This document shows, piece by piece, positions 1 through 24,164 of a stretch of 64,000 nt of DNA. The stretch lies in the NCBI RefSeq assembly GCF_009914755.1, contig NC_060930.1; one strand, given 5' to 3'. Position numbers and translations under genes: made by a program. The notes beneath the pieces are model-generated. The model was given only the letters and a program-made list of their open reading frames with translations. It was not told where the DNA came from and searched no databases. The stretch comes from the human T2T-CHM13v2.0 reference genome, Homo sapiens. Each line of letters opens with the position of its first letter. Position 1 is the stretch's first letter.

Positions 1-193
1 TTTAATGTGAAGCTAATTGTTTCTCATCTTATTTCATTTTGGTCCCTGAAAGCTAAAGCCCTAAAGTTAAATAAAAATGAGAGCAATATTTATGAGGATT
101 ATTAAAGTTTGTGGTACAAATGTTATATTTGCCATTGGACAAAAAGCCTTTGATGTTTAGAGAGCATAGTATTAGTGAGGCTACAAATTTTAC

Positions 194-263
194 CTCACAG
201 TACGACTCAGAGAAATTCAGCTCCTTTGTCTGTTTCTTATCTACTGTACAGCACAATAAACAT
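194..263 (-). pseudogene. Exon-like block (70 nt)
   Basis: Acceptor tttttttctttccctcaacctggcag|, donor GAG|gtaaaa; one open frame CLLCCTVDKKQTKELNFSESYCE. Confidence 0.55.
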
Positions 264-532
264 CTGCCAGGTTGAGGGAAAGAAAAAAATAGCTAATGAT
301 CCAATATGAATTATAATTTATGCTTTATTAAGTTAAATCTATTAAGAGACTTTTTATTCTCCCTTGTCTAAATATGCTCAGCCCTTTTCAGAGCTTGGCC
401 TCTCCTCATTCTTCTTTCCTTAGAAAGCATCCATTCCTTTTATGCTGCCTTGTAGATATCAGGAGGTGATGGGGTTCTTGACTGAAATTATTCTGCCTCT
501 ACATGTGTCCCCAGGTCTCTGTATGTCTTTAC

Positions 533-697
533 CTCCTAAGTTATTTCCCCGGCTAGATTTCATGGTTAAAAGGTGAATAAAATTCAAATTATTTTCAGTT
601 TTCTCAGAGTCCAGTAGCCTTCTTGGCTGCCTGAGATTCACCTCGGCTTTCCCTGATTACAATGTCTTTAATATGCCAATTATCTCCAAAGAATATT
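533..697 (-). pseudogene. Exon-like block (donor uncertain: 642 or 533)
   Basis: Acceptor tatctctatag|, donors GAG|gtgaat and GAG|gtaaag; frame YSLEIIGILKTL*SGKAEVNLRQPRRLL... has a single stop and stays open to 459. Confidence 0.4.
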
Positions 698-939
698 CTA
701 TAGAGATACTGTTTTGACAGTGAGTTTAGTCAAGCAAAAACTATGAATAATATTATGCACTAAAAAAATGAAATCTATCAAATTTACTTTACAATGCTAG
801 CAAAATCCTAACGTTAAAATTTAATCTACATAGCTTTAAAATCACAATCTCATTTCTGAATATTGATATTTAATAATATTTTATGTGATATTAAAATTTT
901 CCATAAAATGTTAGTAAAGAAAGTTAAATATTATATTAG

Positions 940-1750
940 AAGTATTGCCCACCATGACCAAGTCGAGTGTATCCCAAGGAAGCAGTGCTGACTAACATCA
1001 GCAAAACTGTATACCTAAGAAGAAATCAATCCTAAGACAAATTACCCAATTAAAAATTTGGCAAAGGATCTGAATAGACATTTCTCTAAAAATGATTTAT
1101 AAATGATCAATAACAAATAAAAGGACACTAAACATTATTAGCCATCAGAGAAATGCAAATCAAAACCACAGAGAAATAACACTTCATACCTACTAATGTG
1201 GCCATAATAATATAGTTAGATAATAGCAAATATCAGTCAGGGTGAGAATAAATTAGTAATCTCATATACTTTTGGAGGAAATGTAAAAATGGTGCAGCAA
1301 CTTTGAAAAATAGTCTGACAGCTCCTCAGAAAGTTAAACATGTAGTTACATAACACAGCAATTCCGCTCCTAGGTATTTTATTCAAGAGAAATGAACACA
1401 GAAAAATTTGTACATAAATGTTCATAGCAACATCACTCATATTAGCCAAAATGTTGAAACAACTCAAATGTCTATCAAATGAATAGATTCAATAAAATAG
1501 TACATCCATAAGGTGGAATATTATTCGACAATCGGAATTAATGAAGCACAATACATGGCACAATATGAATGAACCTAGAAAACATCATATATTCCACAGC
1601 TCAATTTAAATGAAATGCCCAGATTAGGTCAATCTATAGAGACAGAAAATAGATTAGTGGTTACCTAGGGCTAGGAGGTGGGAAGAAGGGGGTTTGGGAT
1701 GAGGACATCTGGACGGAATAATGGGGAATGACTGTTAATAAGTACAGGGG

Positions 1751-1799
<49 letters not shown>

Positions 1800-1935
1800 A
1801 TGTTACAAAAAATTCTAAACTTAAACATCTAAAAATATTTGAAAATTAAAGCACTGTAAATAAACTAAAACCCATAAAATTGTACACTTTAAATAGGTGA
1901 ATTTTGTGGTTTGTGAATTATATGGCAAAAAAGCT
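940..1935 (+). mobile_element. LINE-1 3' fragment (L1MB/L1ME-type 3' UTR)
   Basis: ORF2 C-terminal motifs (atcagagaaatgcaaatcaaaaccac) and 3' UTR (atagagacagaaaatagattagtggttacctagggc...tgtacactttaaataggtgaatt). Confidence 0.85.
1751..1797. repeat. (TA)n(TG)n microsatellite
   Basis: tatatatatatatgtgtgtg...gtgtg. Confidence 0.95.
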
Positions 1936-3393
1936 TAAACATTTACTTCAAGTTTAATGGAGAAAGTCTACATGAAAATTTCCATAGATTCTCAAAAGTC
2001 CACAATCATGATTTTTGAGAACTATTACCAAAAGGAAATTTCCTGGATCGGGCATGTAAGGAGCTTAGCCATTGCCACTCCATCCTAACAACAAGCAAAG
2101 AGCAGACCAAACTGAAGGATAAACAACACTTCTTAAATCCACTAGAGAAGTGTAGTCCCAGGGTAAACCATTGCCCCCAGAATTGGAGAGAAAGGCAAAT
2201 ATAGAGCACCACAACTGACTGCAACAAAAACCCATAAGCAGGAAAACCAGTGCCCAGGTAGGAAAATGTGAACTGTAATGTCAAATTGCTGGAGGCTCAG
2301 TGTAGACAAGTCAGAAAGTTAAAAACTTCAGGGGAATCCAGTCACAGAAGGGCCCTCACACTTTCATGAATTTTAACTCCAGGAGCTCAACCAGGTCCTT
2401 ATGGTGAATATTTGAGAAAAATCTCCTTATGCCCCTGGCAGAGGGACAGGGAATGAGCAATTTTGAAATACATCAGCGCATTCTGTTCTTAGCAAGGCCT
2501 GATCTGAGGAGAAGCTGTTTTACCAGAGCTTGACCTGCTGGGATTTTTTTCAGATCTTGACCTAACTAGGGGAGGGAAAATACCCACCTCCATCAGGCTC
2601 TAGCCTTTCATGTGGAGAATGGGAAATAACAAACTCCAACCCCCTCTGGGCTTCCTTTCCCACCTAAAGCGGGAAGGATTAAGAAGCAGTTATGAAGTTT
2701 ACCATCGGAGGGTACAGGTCTACAAAAGACTGAGACCTAATCACAGGACTGCAGAATGCTTCTTCTCCCCACAAACCTTACCATTACATTAATGAAGGCT
2801 TATTTACCATAGTTTCTTTTACCTAGTAAAAAATGTTCACCTTACAACAAAAAAATTAAAAGGCAGACTAAAATGCCAAAAATAAATAAATAAATAAATA
2901 AATAAAACAAACAAAACCCATAATTTGAAGAGACTGAACAAACCTATGAACCAGGTAGAACATAACAAGACTGTTGACTATAGCAGACCAAATTTTTTTA
3001 AAGAAAAATCATCACTATGATGAATATGACAAAAGCATTAAAGGAAAAAGTAAACAGCAAAGTAACAGATAGATGATGTAAGCAAAGAGATGGACATTCT
3101 TAGAAATATTCAAAAGGAAATACCAGAGATTAAAAGCACTACAATGGAAATGAATAATGACTTTGGTAGGATCCGTAGTAAGCTGGACACAGTGGAAGAA
3201 AGAGCATCTGAGCTTGAGAACATGACAACAGATACCTCAAAAAGTAAAAAAAAAAAGACACTAAGAAAAAAATCCCAAAACAAAGAACAGAACTGATATC
3301 CAAGAACAGTGGGACAACTAAAAAAAGGTATAACATACAAAAAATAAAAATAAAAGAACAAGAAACTGAGAAATAAAAAAAGAAATACTTAAA

Positions 3394-3528
3394 GCTTGGA
3401 CACACTGTCTCACATCTGTAATTTCATCATTTTGGGAGGCCTAGGAGGAAGAATTTCTTGAAACCAGGATTTCAAGACCAGCCTGGGCAATATAGCCAGA
3501 CCTGATCTCTAAAAACAAAATAAAAAAA
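3394..3528 (+). mobile_element. FLAM / Alu left monomer
   Basis: Single Alu arm with A-tail; degenerate TSD aaatacttaaagc/aaatattttaagc. Confidence 0.85.
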
Positions 3529-3873
3529 TATTTTAAGCGATAATGACTGAGAATTTCCCTAATTTAATGTCAGACACCAAACCACAGAACCCAGAGGCTC
3601 ACAGAATGCCAAAAAGGACAAATACTACCCCTAAAATTAAAGAAAAAAATCTATGTGTATAAATATTATATTCAAACTATAGAAAATTAAAGATAATAAA
3701 AAACAAGAAAAAAGAGTGAAAAAGTACTTTACCTATGGAAGATAAAAATTACATCTGACTTCTATACAGAAACCATGCAAGAAAACAGTGAAATGAAATA
3801 TTTAAAGTACTGACAGAAAAAAATACACCTAGAATTATCTATCCTTTGAAATCATCCTTCAGTTATGAAGGGA

Positions 3874-4166
3874 GACCAGATGTGGTAGCTCACAATTGTA
3901 ATTCTAGCACTTGGGGATGCTGAGGCAGAAGGATTGCCTGAGACCAGGTGTTCAAGACCAGCCTCGGAAACATAGTAAGAACTCATCTCTATGAAAAACA
4001 AAAAAAGTAAGTTGGGTATGGTGGTGTGTGCCTGTAGTCTCAGCTAGTTGGGAGGCTGAGGCAAGAGTATTGCTTGGGCACAGGAGCTTGAGGCTGCAGT
4101 GAGCTATGATTGCATCACTGCACTCTAGCCAAGGTGACAGAGTAAGGCCCTGTCTCTGAAAATAAA
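3874..4166 (+). mobile_element. AluJ
   Basis: Dimeric Alu with J-type gaggctgcagtgagctatgattgc. Confidence 0.9.
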
Positions 4167-6335
4167 TATTCAGGGAAAAGAAAAATGTATAAAGATCAGA
4201 AACTAGGATCTAAATAAAGAACAGAAGAGCATAGGGAATAGTTGGAGGTTAAATGAAACTTCATTTTAAAAATTCTGGATTAAACTAACAGATAATTTGT
4301 TCAAATAATAGCAAAAATGTATTAGATTACATATGTTTATACATATATATACATATATGATATGCTTATTTAAAAATAAAATAAATGTTTCCAACGATAC
4401 AAAGAGTGAAAGGAAAAATAAACGTATTTAGTTATTAAAAGCTTCTTTTTTTTTTTTACCCTGAAGTGTATAATGTGATTTGAAAGTGGGCTTGAATTAG
4501 TTGTAAATGTATATTGAAAGCTATAGGGTGACGACTAAAAAAAGTAAAAAAAAAAAATGTATAATTGATATGGTAAGAAATGAATGAAGTTGGGATAAGC
4601 TTAAATGTTAAATAAAAACTGCAAAAGACAGAAATAGTACAAAAGGCAAAAATAAGAACAAAGAACAGGGGGCATAGAATAGAAAATAGTAACAAATATG
4701 ACAGGTATTAATTCAAGTATATTACTAATAAGTTTATACATCAGCAGTCTAAATACACCAATTGAAAGACAGAAAATGTCAGAGTGTATCCAAAAACAAG
4801 TCACAACTATAACTTGTTCATAATAAACAGACATTAAATACAAAAACACATACTGACCAAAAGTAAATGGATGGAGACAGATACAACACTAGTCAAAAGA
4901 AAGTGAGAGTAGCTATGTTAATTTCAGACAGAACCAACCTCAGAGCAAGGAAAGTTATCAGACATGAAAGGGCCAATACAAATAAAAGGCTCAACACTGC
5001 AAGAAGACATAATCCTTAATGCGGATGTGTCTTACCAAAGAACATCAAAATACGTAAGGCAAATATTGATGGAGTAGCAAGGAGTAAAAGATGAATTCAC
5101 TCCTATGGTTGTAGACTTTAACAATCCTATCTTATATATAAAAAGCTCTAACAGCCAAAAAAAAAAAAATCAGTAAGGACATTGTTGAATTCAAGAGCAC
5201 TATTGATCAACTGGATAAAACTGACATCTATAGACTCCTTCATCAAATAACAGCAGATTACACATTCTTCACAAGCTCTCATGGAACAGTAACCATGACA
5301 GATTATATTCTGGGCCATAAAACATCCCTTAAAAATTTGAAAACAATAATAATGATACACTATCTGCTCTCCTACCACAGGACTTAAATTAGAAACCAGT
5401 AACAGAAAGACTGTGGAAAATCCTCAAATACTTGGAAATTAATCAACACACTTCTAAATAACACATGGGTCAAAAGAGAAATGTGGAAAAATTTAAAAAG
5501 ATTTTGAAATAATGGAAAGTAAAATACAACTTATCAAAATTTGTGTAACGCAGTGAAAACTGCTTATGAGGAAATTTATAGAATTAAACATATATTCTTA
5601 GAAAATAAGAAAGCTATAAAATCCATAATCTAATATTCAACCTTAGGAAACTAGCAAAATAGGGCAAATTAAACCTAAAGTAAGCAGAAGAACATAAATA
5701 ATAAAAATTAGAGCACAAATCAATAAAATTGAAAACAGTGAATCAGTAGATAAAGTCAACAAAACCAAAGCCTAGTTATTTGAAAAGATCAACAAAATCA
5801 ATAAGCCTCAAGCCAGGATGACTAAGAAAAAAAAAAGAGAAAACACAAATTACTAATGTCAAAAATAAAAGAGGAAACATCATTACGTACTCCACAGACA
5901 TTAAAAGGATAATAAAGCAGTATTATGAATAACCATATGCTTACAAACTTGATAGCCTAGATGAAATGGACCAAATCCTTAAAAGACACCATCTGCCAAA
6001 CTCAAACAGAAACAGGCAAATTAAAGGGTCCTGTATCTATTCAATAAATCGAATCAATTATTCATAACTTTCCAAAATAGAAAGCAACATGCCAAGTTAA
6101 GTGCACTGGTGATTTTTACCACACATTTAGGGAAGAAATTATACCACTTCTGTAGAATCTCTTTCAGAAGGTAAAAGTGAGAGGAATACATTTTACTTCA
6201 TTAATTGAAGCCAGCATTACTGTAATATCAAAACCAAAGATATTACAAGAAAAAGCCAATGTCTCTAATGAACATATATACAAAAATCCTCAAAAACATT
6301 ATCAAATCAAAACCACCAAAGTGTAAAATGAATTT

Positions 6336-6674
<339 letters not shown>

Positions 6675-8779
6675 TCAACATTTGAAAATCAATTAATTTA
6701 ATCCATTACACCAATGGGCTAAAGAAGAAAACTCAAACAATCATATTGATTGATACAGAAAAAGCATTTGACAAAATCCAACACCCATTCATAATTTTTA
6801 AAAAAGCTCTCAATAAACTAGGAGGAGAGAAGAAGTTCCACACTTTGATATAGAACATCTGCAAAACATACCTATAGCTACAAATCATACTTAATGATGG
6901 AAAACTAGATGGTTTCTGTTAATATTAGAAAAAAGTCACGGTTGTTTCCTCTTACTACCTGTTTTCAACATCATACTGGACGTTTTAGCTATCACAATAA
7001 GACAAGAAAAGTAAATAAAATGTTTACAAATTGAGAAGGAAGAAACAAAACTATTTTTGTTTGCTGATTATGTAATTGTCTATGTAGAAAATCCAAAAGA
7101 AGAACTAAGAAACAACTAGAGTAAAGTTGCAGGACACAAGGTTAATAAAGAAATGTTAATAGCTCCCTATGTGCCAAAAATGAAGAAGTGAAATTAGAAA
7201 TTAAAGACACATTATCATTTACATAAGCACCCTCCAAGATGAAATATTTAGTTATAATCTAAGAAAATATGTACAATATATATGAGAGGAGAAATAAAAA
7301 TCTCTAATGAAAAATATCAAAGAAAAATTAAATAAATGAAGAGATATTCCATCTTCGTGAATACAAAGACTTCAATATTGCCAAGATGCCAGTTCTTTGC
7401 AGCTTCATCTATAGATCCAATGTAATTCCAATCAAAATCCCAGCAAGATATTGTGTGGATATCAAAAAACTGATTCTAATATTATATGGAGAGACAAAAG
7501 ATCCAAAATAACCAATTAAATATTAAAGAAGAACAAAGTCAGATGACTGACACTACTTGATTTCAAGACTTACCATAAAGCTGCAGTAATCAAGATAGTG
7601 TGGTATTAGTAAAAGAACAGACAAACAGATCAATGAAACAAAATGGCAAGGCCAGAATTAGACCAATATAAATATACTCAACAGGTCTTTGACAAAGGAG
7701 CAAAAGCAATAAAATAGAGAATAGTTTTTTCAACCAAGAGTGCTGTGGAAAAACTGAACACCCACATGCAAAAAAAAAAAAAAAAAAAAAATTAGACAGA
7801 GATCCGTTACACTCCAAAAATACAAACTTCTTAAAATCAGACTCCTAAATGTAAAATGCAAAACTATAAAACCCATGGAAGACAACACAGGAGAAAATTT
7901 AGATGACCTTGGGTATGGCAATAACTTTCTAGATGCAAGACCGAAGGCATGATACATGAAAGAAAGAATTAATAAGCTGGGCTTCATTAAACTTAAATAT
8001 TCTGATCTACAAAAGACAATCTCAAGAGAATGAGAAAACAAGCCACACACCGGAAGGAAACATTTGTAAAAAAAAAAACATATCTAATAAAATACTGTTT
8101 TCTAAAATATCCAAAGAACTCCTAAAACTCAACAATAAGACAATGAACAACCTAATCGAAAAATGGGCAAAAAAATCTGAGCAGATACCTCACCAAAGAA
8201 GATATACAGACGACAAATAAACAAATGAAAAAGTGCTCAACATCAAGTACAAATTGCAAATTAAAACAGGATAGAAATACCTATTAGAATTGGCAAAATT
8301 CGAAACACAACACCAAATGCTGACAAAAAATTGTAGCAACAGAAACAATCATTTATGGTGGAAATGCACAATGGTACAACCACTTTGAAAACAGATTGGC
8401 AGTTTCTTTCTAAACTAAACATACACTTAGTAAACAATACAGTTGCACTTATTATTTATTCAAATGAATTAAAAACTTACATCCACACAAAAACCCACAC
8501 ATGGATGTTGATAGCTGCATTATTTATTATTGCCAACACTTGGAAACAACAAGATGTCCTTCAGTAGGTGAATGAATAAACAAACTTAATTCATCTAGAC
8601 GATGGAATATTAGGCAGTGATAAAGAGAAATGAGCTATCAACCCACAAAATGGTAAAGAAGAAACTTAAATTCATGTACATGAAAGAAGCCAATATGCAA
8701 ATGCTACATGTTTTATGATTCCAACTATCTGATATTCTGCAAAAGGCATAACTAAGTAGACACTAAAAAGATAAAGGTT

Positions 8780-9094
8780 GGCTGGGGCAGCGGTTCATGC
8801 CTGTCATTCCAGCACTTTGGGAGGCCAAGGAGGCTGAATCACTTGAAATCAGGAGTTTGAGATCAGCCTGGGCAACATGGCAAAACCCTGCCTCTACCAA
8901 AAATACAGAAGATTAGGCCAGTGTGGTGGCACACACCTGTGGTCCCAACTACTTGAGATGCTGAGGTAGAAGGATCGCTTGAGCCCAACTGTGAGGCAGA
9001 ATTTGCAGTGAGCTGAGAACGCACCACTGCATTCCACCCAAGGCAACAGAGTGAGACCCTGTCTCAAAAACAAAAACAAAACAAAACAAAAAAA
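8780..9094 (+). mobile_element. AluJ
   Basis: Dimeric Alu, (CAAAA)n tail, approximate TSD ending aaggtt. Confidence 0.9.
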
Positions 9095-9565
9095 TCAAGG
9101 TTTAGGAGGGGTTAGGAGGCAGGCACAGAGGAGTTTTAGGGTGGTGAAACTACTCTATATGATACTAGAAGGTACAACACCAAGAATATACTATAATGTA
9201 AACAATAAAATTTGGGTAATAACAATGTGTCAATGTATGTTCATCAATTGTATCAAATATGCCAGTGTGGTGCAAGATTTTTTTCTTAGGTGGGGGAAAG
9301 AGCTATATGAGTAATCTCTACACCTTCTGTTCGATTTTGTTGTGAACCTAACACTGTTTTAATAAACTCTCTAATAAAATTAAAAAAACAAATATCACAA
9401 CAGGTTTAGTTGTCTAGGCATATATAATTAAAATTTGTAAGACAATTCATCCAATATTTACCATGAGGTATTATAAACAAAGAATGATGATATAAACATA
9501 AACAGAGGAAAAAAAAGAGAATGTCTTTTATTTTGCTTAAAGAACTTTAAGAATTGACTATTTAC

Positions 9566-9790
9566 TTCAAGGTGTACCACATTTGTATAGTAGTTAAGAT
9601 CCATGGAGAAGAAACCAATTCATTGCGGCAGACAGATTAGCTGCTGAACACACAGGAAGCTAATAACTAGACAGGAATGCTGAGGTCAGCTGCTGCAACT
9701 GACTCTTAAAATGTCTGTCTCCATTAGCCTGCTTGCCATCAGAAACAGATGCAGAAATTGGTGAAGCTACATTTTCATATAGAGCTCCAG
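9566..9790 (-). pseudogene. Exon-like block, RGS-like helices 4-5
   Basis: Strong acceptor cttactccacttccttgcag|; frames LELYMKM*LHQFLHLFLM and GDRHFKSQLQQLTSAFLSSY*; donors GTG|gtacac or GAA|gtaaat. Confidence 0.55.
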
Positions 9791-9984
9791 CTGCAAGGAA
9801 GTGGAGTAAGCATACTTTTTAGGATTGAAGCTTCTGCCAAATATTCCCTACAAAATGATCATTTTAGTGACACTGTGTTAATCAACCAAATATATCTGGC
9901 ATATAAGACAAAAATTGGATTAGATACATCCATGTATATTCACACCCATACATACTGAGACATATACATAGGCACATATATAAT

Positions 9985-11045
9985 TTGAAGTAACTTTACA
10001 TAAAATGAAATCACACATCTTAAGTGTATAGTTTAATGGCTTTTAATGAATATGTACACTGTGAAACCATCATCCCAATCAAGATGTTAGTCATAGATGT
10101 TTTATGAATGCCCTTTACCAAATTGAAGAAGTTCCCTTCTAAGGATATTTTCAGAGAGACCTTAGTATTAACGGGTAGTAAATTCTGTCAAAAGCTTTTT
10201 GCATTTATTGGAAGGATTATACATTTTTTCTCTTTATTCTGTAATATTGGTAAATTATATTCATTATTTTTTACATTTTTTATTTTAAAATAATTTTAGA
10301 CTTACAGAAGAGTTTCAAAGATAGTCCAATGACAACTTCTATGCTCTTCACTCAAATTTCCCTAATGTTAGTAACTTACCTAATCATGGTAAAATATCAA
10401 AACTAAGAAATCATTATTTCTACAAGAATATCAATTGTAGCAATCAGTTTTTGAGTATTTAAGCAAACTAACATTCTTGGAATAGACCCCAGTGGAGTTT
10501 ATCCTTTTATAAATTGCCAGATTCAATCTGCTAGAATTTTATTAAGTATTTTGCATGTAAGTTCATGATAATTAATTTATATTGCAATTTTCAAAAAATT
10601 TTTAGTTTTGATGTCATATTGGTCTCATAAGATAAGAAGGTATTATGTGAGAGTTTATATAAGATTTGCATTTTAACTTCTTTACACGTTAAATTTAGAG
10701 TGAAATGATCTGGGCCTAGAGTTTTCTTAATGAGAAGGTTTTTGGTAATTAAAATGTTTGTAATTGATATGTATACTTAGATTTTTCTATTTCTTGTTAT
10801 ATCAGTTTTGATAAATTGTCTTTTTCAAGTTATTTGTATATTTTTACCTAAGTTTTCAAATTTGATGGTAAAATGTTACATGTGTACAACCTGTCTTCTC
10901 TTTTATTTCTTACACTGGAATTTTTTAAATCTATTTTTCTTTATTAGCTCATCTAAAATTTATCAATGTTTTTGATATTTGTAAATTAAGTTGTTTTTAT
11001 TAAATTTTCTCTACTGTTTTCTATTTTTCTGATTTCTTTTCATAG
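9985..11045 (-). mobile_element. Old L1M fragments (3' UTR pieces plus ORF2); ORF2 resumes at about 19300
   Basis: Antisense L1 ORF2 text (gtgaaatgatctgggcctagagttttc) interrupted by the L1MA at 11050. Confidence 0.75.
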
Positions 11046-11049
11046 TTTT

Positions 11050-19324
<8,275 letters not shown>

Positions 19325-20242
19325 TAGGAATTCAGTTACTTTCTGTTTTCCAACTTAATGCAGGAAATTATACCATTGATCTTAAGCACTTATTCTTCAT
19401 AATCTAAGTGCTTAAAGCCTCAAATTTTTCACTAGGTGCTACCTTACCTGCCTCCCATACATTTTGGTATGTTGTGATTTTTTTATTATGCAGCTCAAAA
19501 ATATTTTCAACTTACCTTTTGATTTTTCTTTGCCTCATTAGTTATTTATATGGTGTTGGTTAATTTATAGATAGTTGAGTATTTTCTAGATAGGTTGATA
19601 ATGATTTTTAACCAATTCCTTTGTGGTCAGAGAATATGTGAAGCAAGATTTCAAGCTTTTGACATTTAATGAGACTTATTTTATGGCCCGCATATCATCT
19701 ATCTTACTGAATGTTTCATGTGCACTAGAATGCACTATTGTGGAATACATGTAATTCTGCAGTTTTTGGGTATAGGTTGTATAAATATCAAATAAGTTGA
19801 TGTAATTAATAATGTCATTCCAGTTTATATCCTCAGTGTTTTTCTTTGGGCTAGTTTTATATAAAATACTAGAAAGAGAGTACTAAGATATCTAACTGTG
19901 GATTTGTCTCTTTTTCCCTTTATTTTTATTTTTCTTCATTTATTTTAAATCTCTAAGGCACACCTTTAAGTGCATATATATGTGTCTATATATATAAAGT
20001 GTTTTTAAAATATGCATATATATTTAAAGTTTCCCTTTAGATATAATATAGTTGGCTCTTGTATATTTCACTCCATCTGACAATTTGGCTTTTTAGTTGA
20101 TATATTTATTCTATTTATATTTAATGCAACTCTTGATATGATTGAATTCAGGTCTACCATACTATTATTTGTTTCACTTTGTTCAATATGTTTGTGTTCC
20201 TGCTTCTTTAGTTTAATAAAGTGAATTTGTATTTGTTTTGGG

Positions 20243-20531
<289 letters not shown>

Positions 20532-21027
20532 GAAAAAGTGAATTGGTTTTAAGCTTCAATTTCTTTGCCTTGTTCCATATACTTCTTTGTGTTATGTTTT
20601 TAGCAATTGATAGAAATGACTAAAGTGTATAAGTTACAAAGTAACTCAATTGCAAATGTTAAGTATGCATTCTGAACTTCTCATAGTCTTTGTTGAGTAA
20701 ATATTGTACTGTTCCACCTAAATATAAGATCATTATAGCATTATAATTACATTTCTCCTCGGCCTTTTGTGCTAATAGTATTCTATTAACTGTATCTTAA
20801 AATGCTACTTTAAAATGTTATAATTTTCTATTAAAAATTCATTTTAAGAAGTTAATAAGAATATGAGAATTCTTTTACATTCACCTGCCCATGTGCCTTG
20901 CCAATGCTCTTACTGTAGATGTAAACTTTCATCTGATGTAATTTTACCTCAGCGTGAATACATTCCTGTAGTAATTTATGTAGCACAGTTCTGCTTGCGA
21001 AGAATTCTCAGCATTCATTCACCATAG

Positions 21028-21345
<318 letters not shown>

Positions 21346-22650
21346 AATTCATCCTAATTTTTACAAGATATTTTTATGCACTATAGATTTCTGGGTTGAT
21401 ATTTTTTTGTTCCAGCACTGGAAAAAAAAAGGAATCAAGACAGAACACAGAGGAATAAAAACTTTTAAAAGTAGAAAATATTAACACCAAAAACAAGGTG
21501 GTTCTCCCAAAAGATAGAGACAGAGAATGATAGATGATGATGACAGATGGAGAGACAGATATAGCAAGATATATGAGACAAAATGGGAGCAGAAATAATC
21601 AGAAAAAAAGAAAATAATTATACATATGTTAACTATATAAATACATATATGCAAATATTCATATGTTAATATATGTTTAATAATCAGAATACTATGAAAA
21701 ATTCTATACCAATAAATTTGGAAATCTAGATCAAATTAACTGGAAAAGGTAAAAATTTAACTTAGCTAAAGAATAAAGTACTTAAAAAGAGCAATAACTA
21801 TTAAATAATTTGCAGTGGTAGTTCAAGGCAATGCTCTCTCACTAAAGAAGTCTGAATGATGATTTATGTAGTAATTTCAAGGAATAAATAATTCCTAATT
21901 TATATGAATTTTTCTAGAAACAGAAAAAGTCTTAATGTACTTTTTTAATAAAGTTATTATTGATTCCAAAGCTACATCATGAAACATAATAAAAAGCTAA
22001 TTACAGACACAACAGTGTAAAAGCAAAACTCTGAGAAACACACTAGCTGAAAAATTCAAAATGGGATTATTAAATGTGCATCATGATTAGATAAGTTTAA
22101 TCATCAGAGTGGTTCCACTTTAAAGTACTTAAAGAGAAAAATAATATGATTGATGCAGACAATCTTTAAGTACAACACTCATTTACTTATGTGCATATTT
22201 AATATATGATGAAATTTGTTAATTTATTCAGGAAACACTTAGTAAACTAAGAATAGAAGGCAATTTCCTTAAGTTGATGAGGGCTATGTACCAAAAACCT
22301 ATAGCAAAAATTATATAGGTAGATACTATATACACTCTCATTAATAGAAAATATAACAATGCCCAATCTCAGCACTATTTTACATAATAATGGAGAGCCT
22401 GGCTAACATTATAAGGGGAAAAAAATAACAAGAATGGGCGTAACATTTGGAAAGGAAGAAATAGATTGTTATTATTTGCCAGAGACATAACCATCTACCT
22501 GGAAAAAAGTAACCAAGTGAACAAATTAAGCAATTAAGATTTCAGCAACTTGACTGATACGTGGTAAGATAAAAGAAATCAATAGCATATTTTTACATTT
22601 ACAATAACTTGCTGGAAAATATAGTCAATATATATAGTAATCAACATATA

Positions 22651-22690
22651 TTAGGTTGGTGCCAAAGTAATTGTGGTTTTTGCCATTAAA
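22651..22690 (+). mobile_element. MADE1 (mariner-derived) half element
   Basis: ta|ttaggttggtgccaaagtaattgtggtttttgccatta matches the Hsmar1/MADE1 terminal inverted repeat. Confidence 0.85.
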
Positions 22691-23251
22691 GGTAACAAAC
22701 TTACTATAAAATTTATGTAAATATATTGTCACGAATAACCAAATCAACCCTGAAAATAAGAGCCCTGATCTCCATCCCTGCATATATGAAGACATATTAC
22801 AAAGATACTGTTACAACTGGGTGAAGAACTCAAAGCAGATCTATGAATGTAAAAAAAAATCAAAACATATTTTGATGAAGTTAGTTCCAAACATTAATGA
22901 GAAAAAGAAAGATTATTTAGTACATGGTGTTGGGAAAACTGCCTTACTTTAGAGAAAAACATAAACATAGATTTCTACTAATACTTTGGGGAAGGAATCC
23001 ATGGGTATTATAAGACCCAAATACTAAAGGTAACAACTATGAAGTTAAGAGAAAAAAAATGAGACAATAACTTTGATACAAAAGAGTGGCAAAGGATTTC
23101 TTAAACAAAACTTTAACATCATAGACTGTAAGACAAAAGCAAGCAAAATTTATGTCATCAAATTTGAAAGAAAAATACAATAAAAGAATCCATAAAGAAG
23201 TGATGATAATTTGAGAAAAAAAAAGTATGTGAACAATCGGCTAATAGATGA

Positions 23252-23568
<317 letters not shown>

Positions 23569-24032
23569 TCAAACCACTTTTTAAAAATTCTAGTGGAAAA
23601 ATAAACAAAAGCAGTAAGTAAACAATGTATAGAAGAGAAACAGTAAAATGCTATCAAGGATATGAACACAGGCTCGTACTCAAGAAATTAGAATAATAAA
23701 AATTAAACTAACAATAAAATACTAGTTTATACTATTAATCAGACAAAATTAGAAAGCTGCACATCACCAAATTTTGATAAATTGTGGAATTGTGAGTCAT
23801 CTTTTTGCTGTACTAAATTTCTGGAAATCAGTGTTGGACTCTTTAATCAAACCACCACATCCACACCCAATATTCATAAGGATGTTTCTTTTGGTATTGT
23901 TTGTGGTGGCAGCAATTTGAAATAAATCTGAATATCTTTCATTAGAGAAGATTTGGACAAAATGTGGTAGATGACTACCATGACTCCCAATGTGGTAGAT
24001 GACTAGTTAGAAATAATAGACTCAACGTACGC

Positions 24033-24033
24033 G

Positions 24034-24064
<31 letters not shown>

Positions 24065-24065
24065 A
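24033..24065. repeat. (CA)n microsatellite
   Basis: cacacaca... run. Confidence 0.95.
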
Positions 24066-24164
24066 ATGGATAGGTTTAAAATACACAATGATAATTAAAA
24101 AAAACAAAGTGATATGTGACTTACAAATATTTGTGTAAATTAAAAAGATATATATGAATGACAC

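Noticed and set aside
642-697. Frame IFFGDNWHIKDIVIRESR resembles a PLAT/LH2 strand
   Set aside because: Isolated 18-aa motif with no other PLAT segments nearby; another frame (YSLEIIGILKTL) fits the RGS-like context better.
9600-9800. E-box cluster (cagctg, cagatg) as an enhancer
   Set aside because: Explained more simply as a minus-strand exon remnant with a strong acceptor; no independent regulatory evidence.
23961-24005. 17-bp direct repeat with spacer (and an 18-bp tandem at 53496-53531); CRISPR-like?
   Set aside because: Only two copies within decayed L1 in primate DNA; ordinary slippage duplications.
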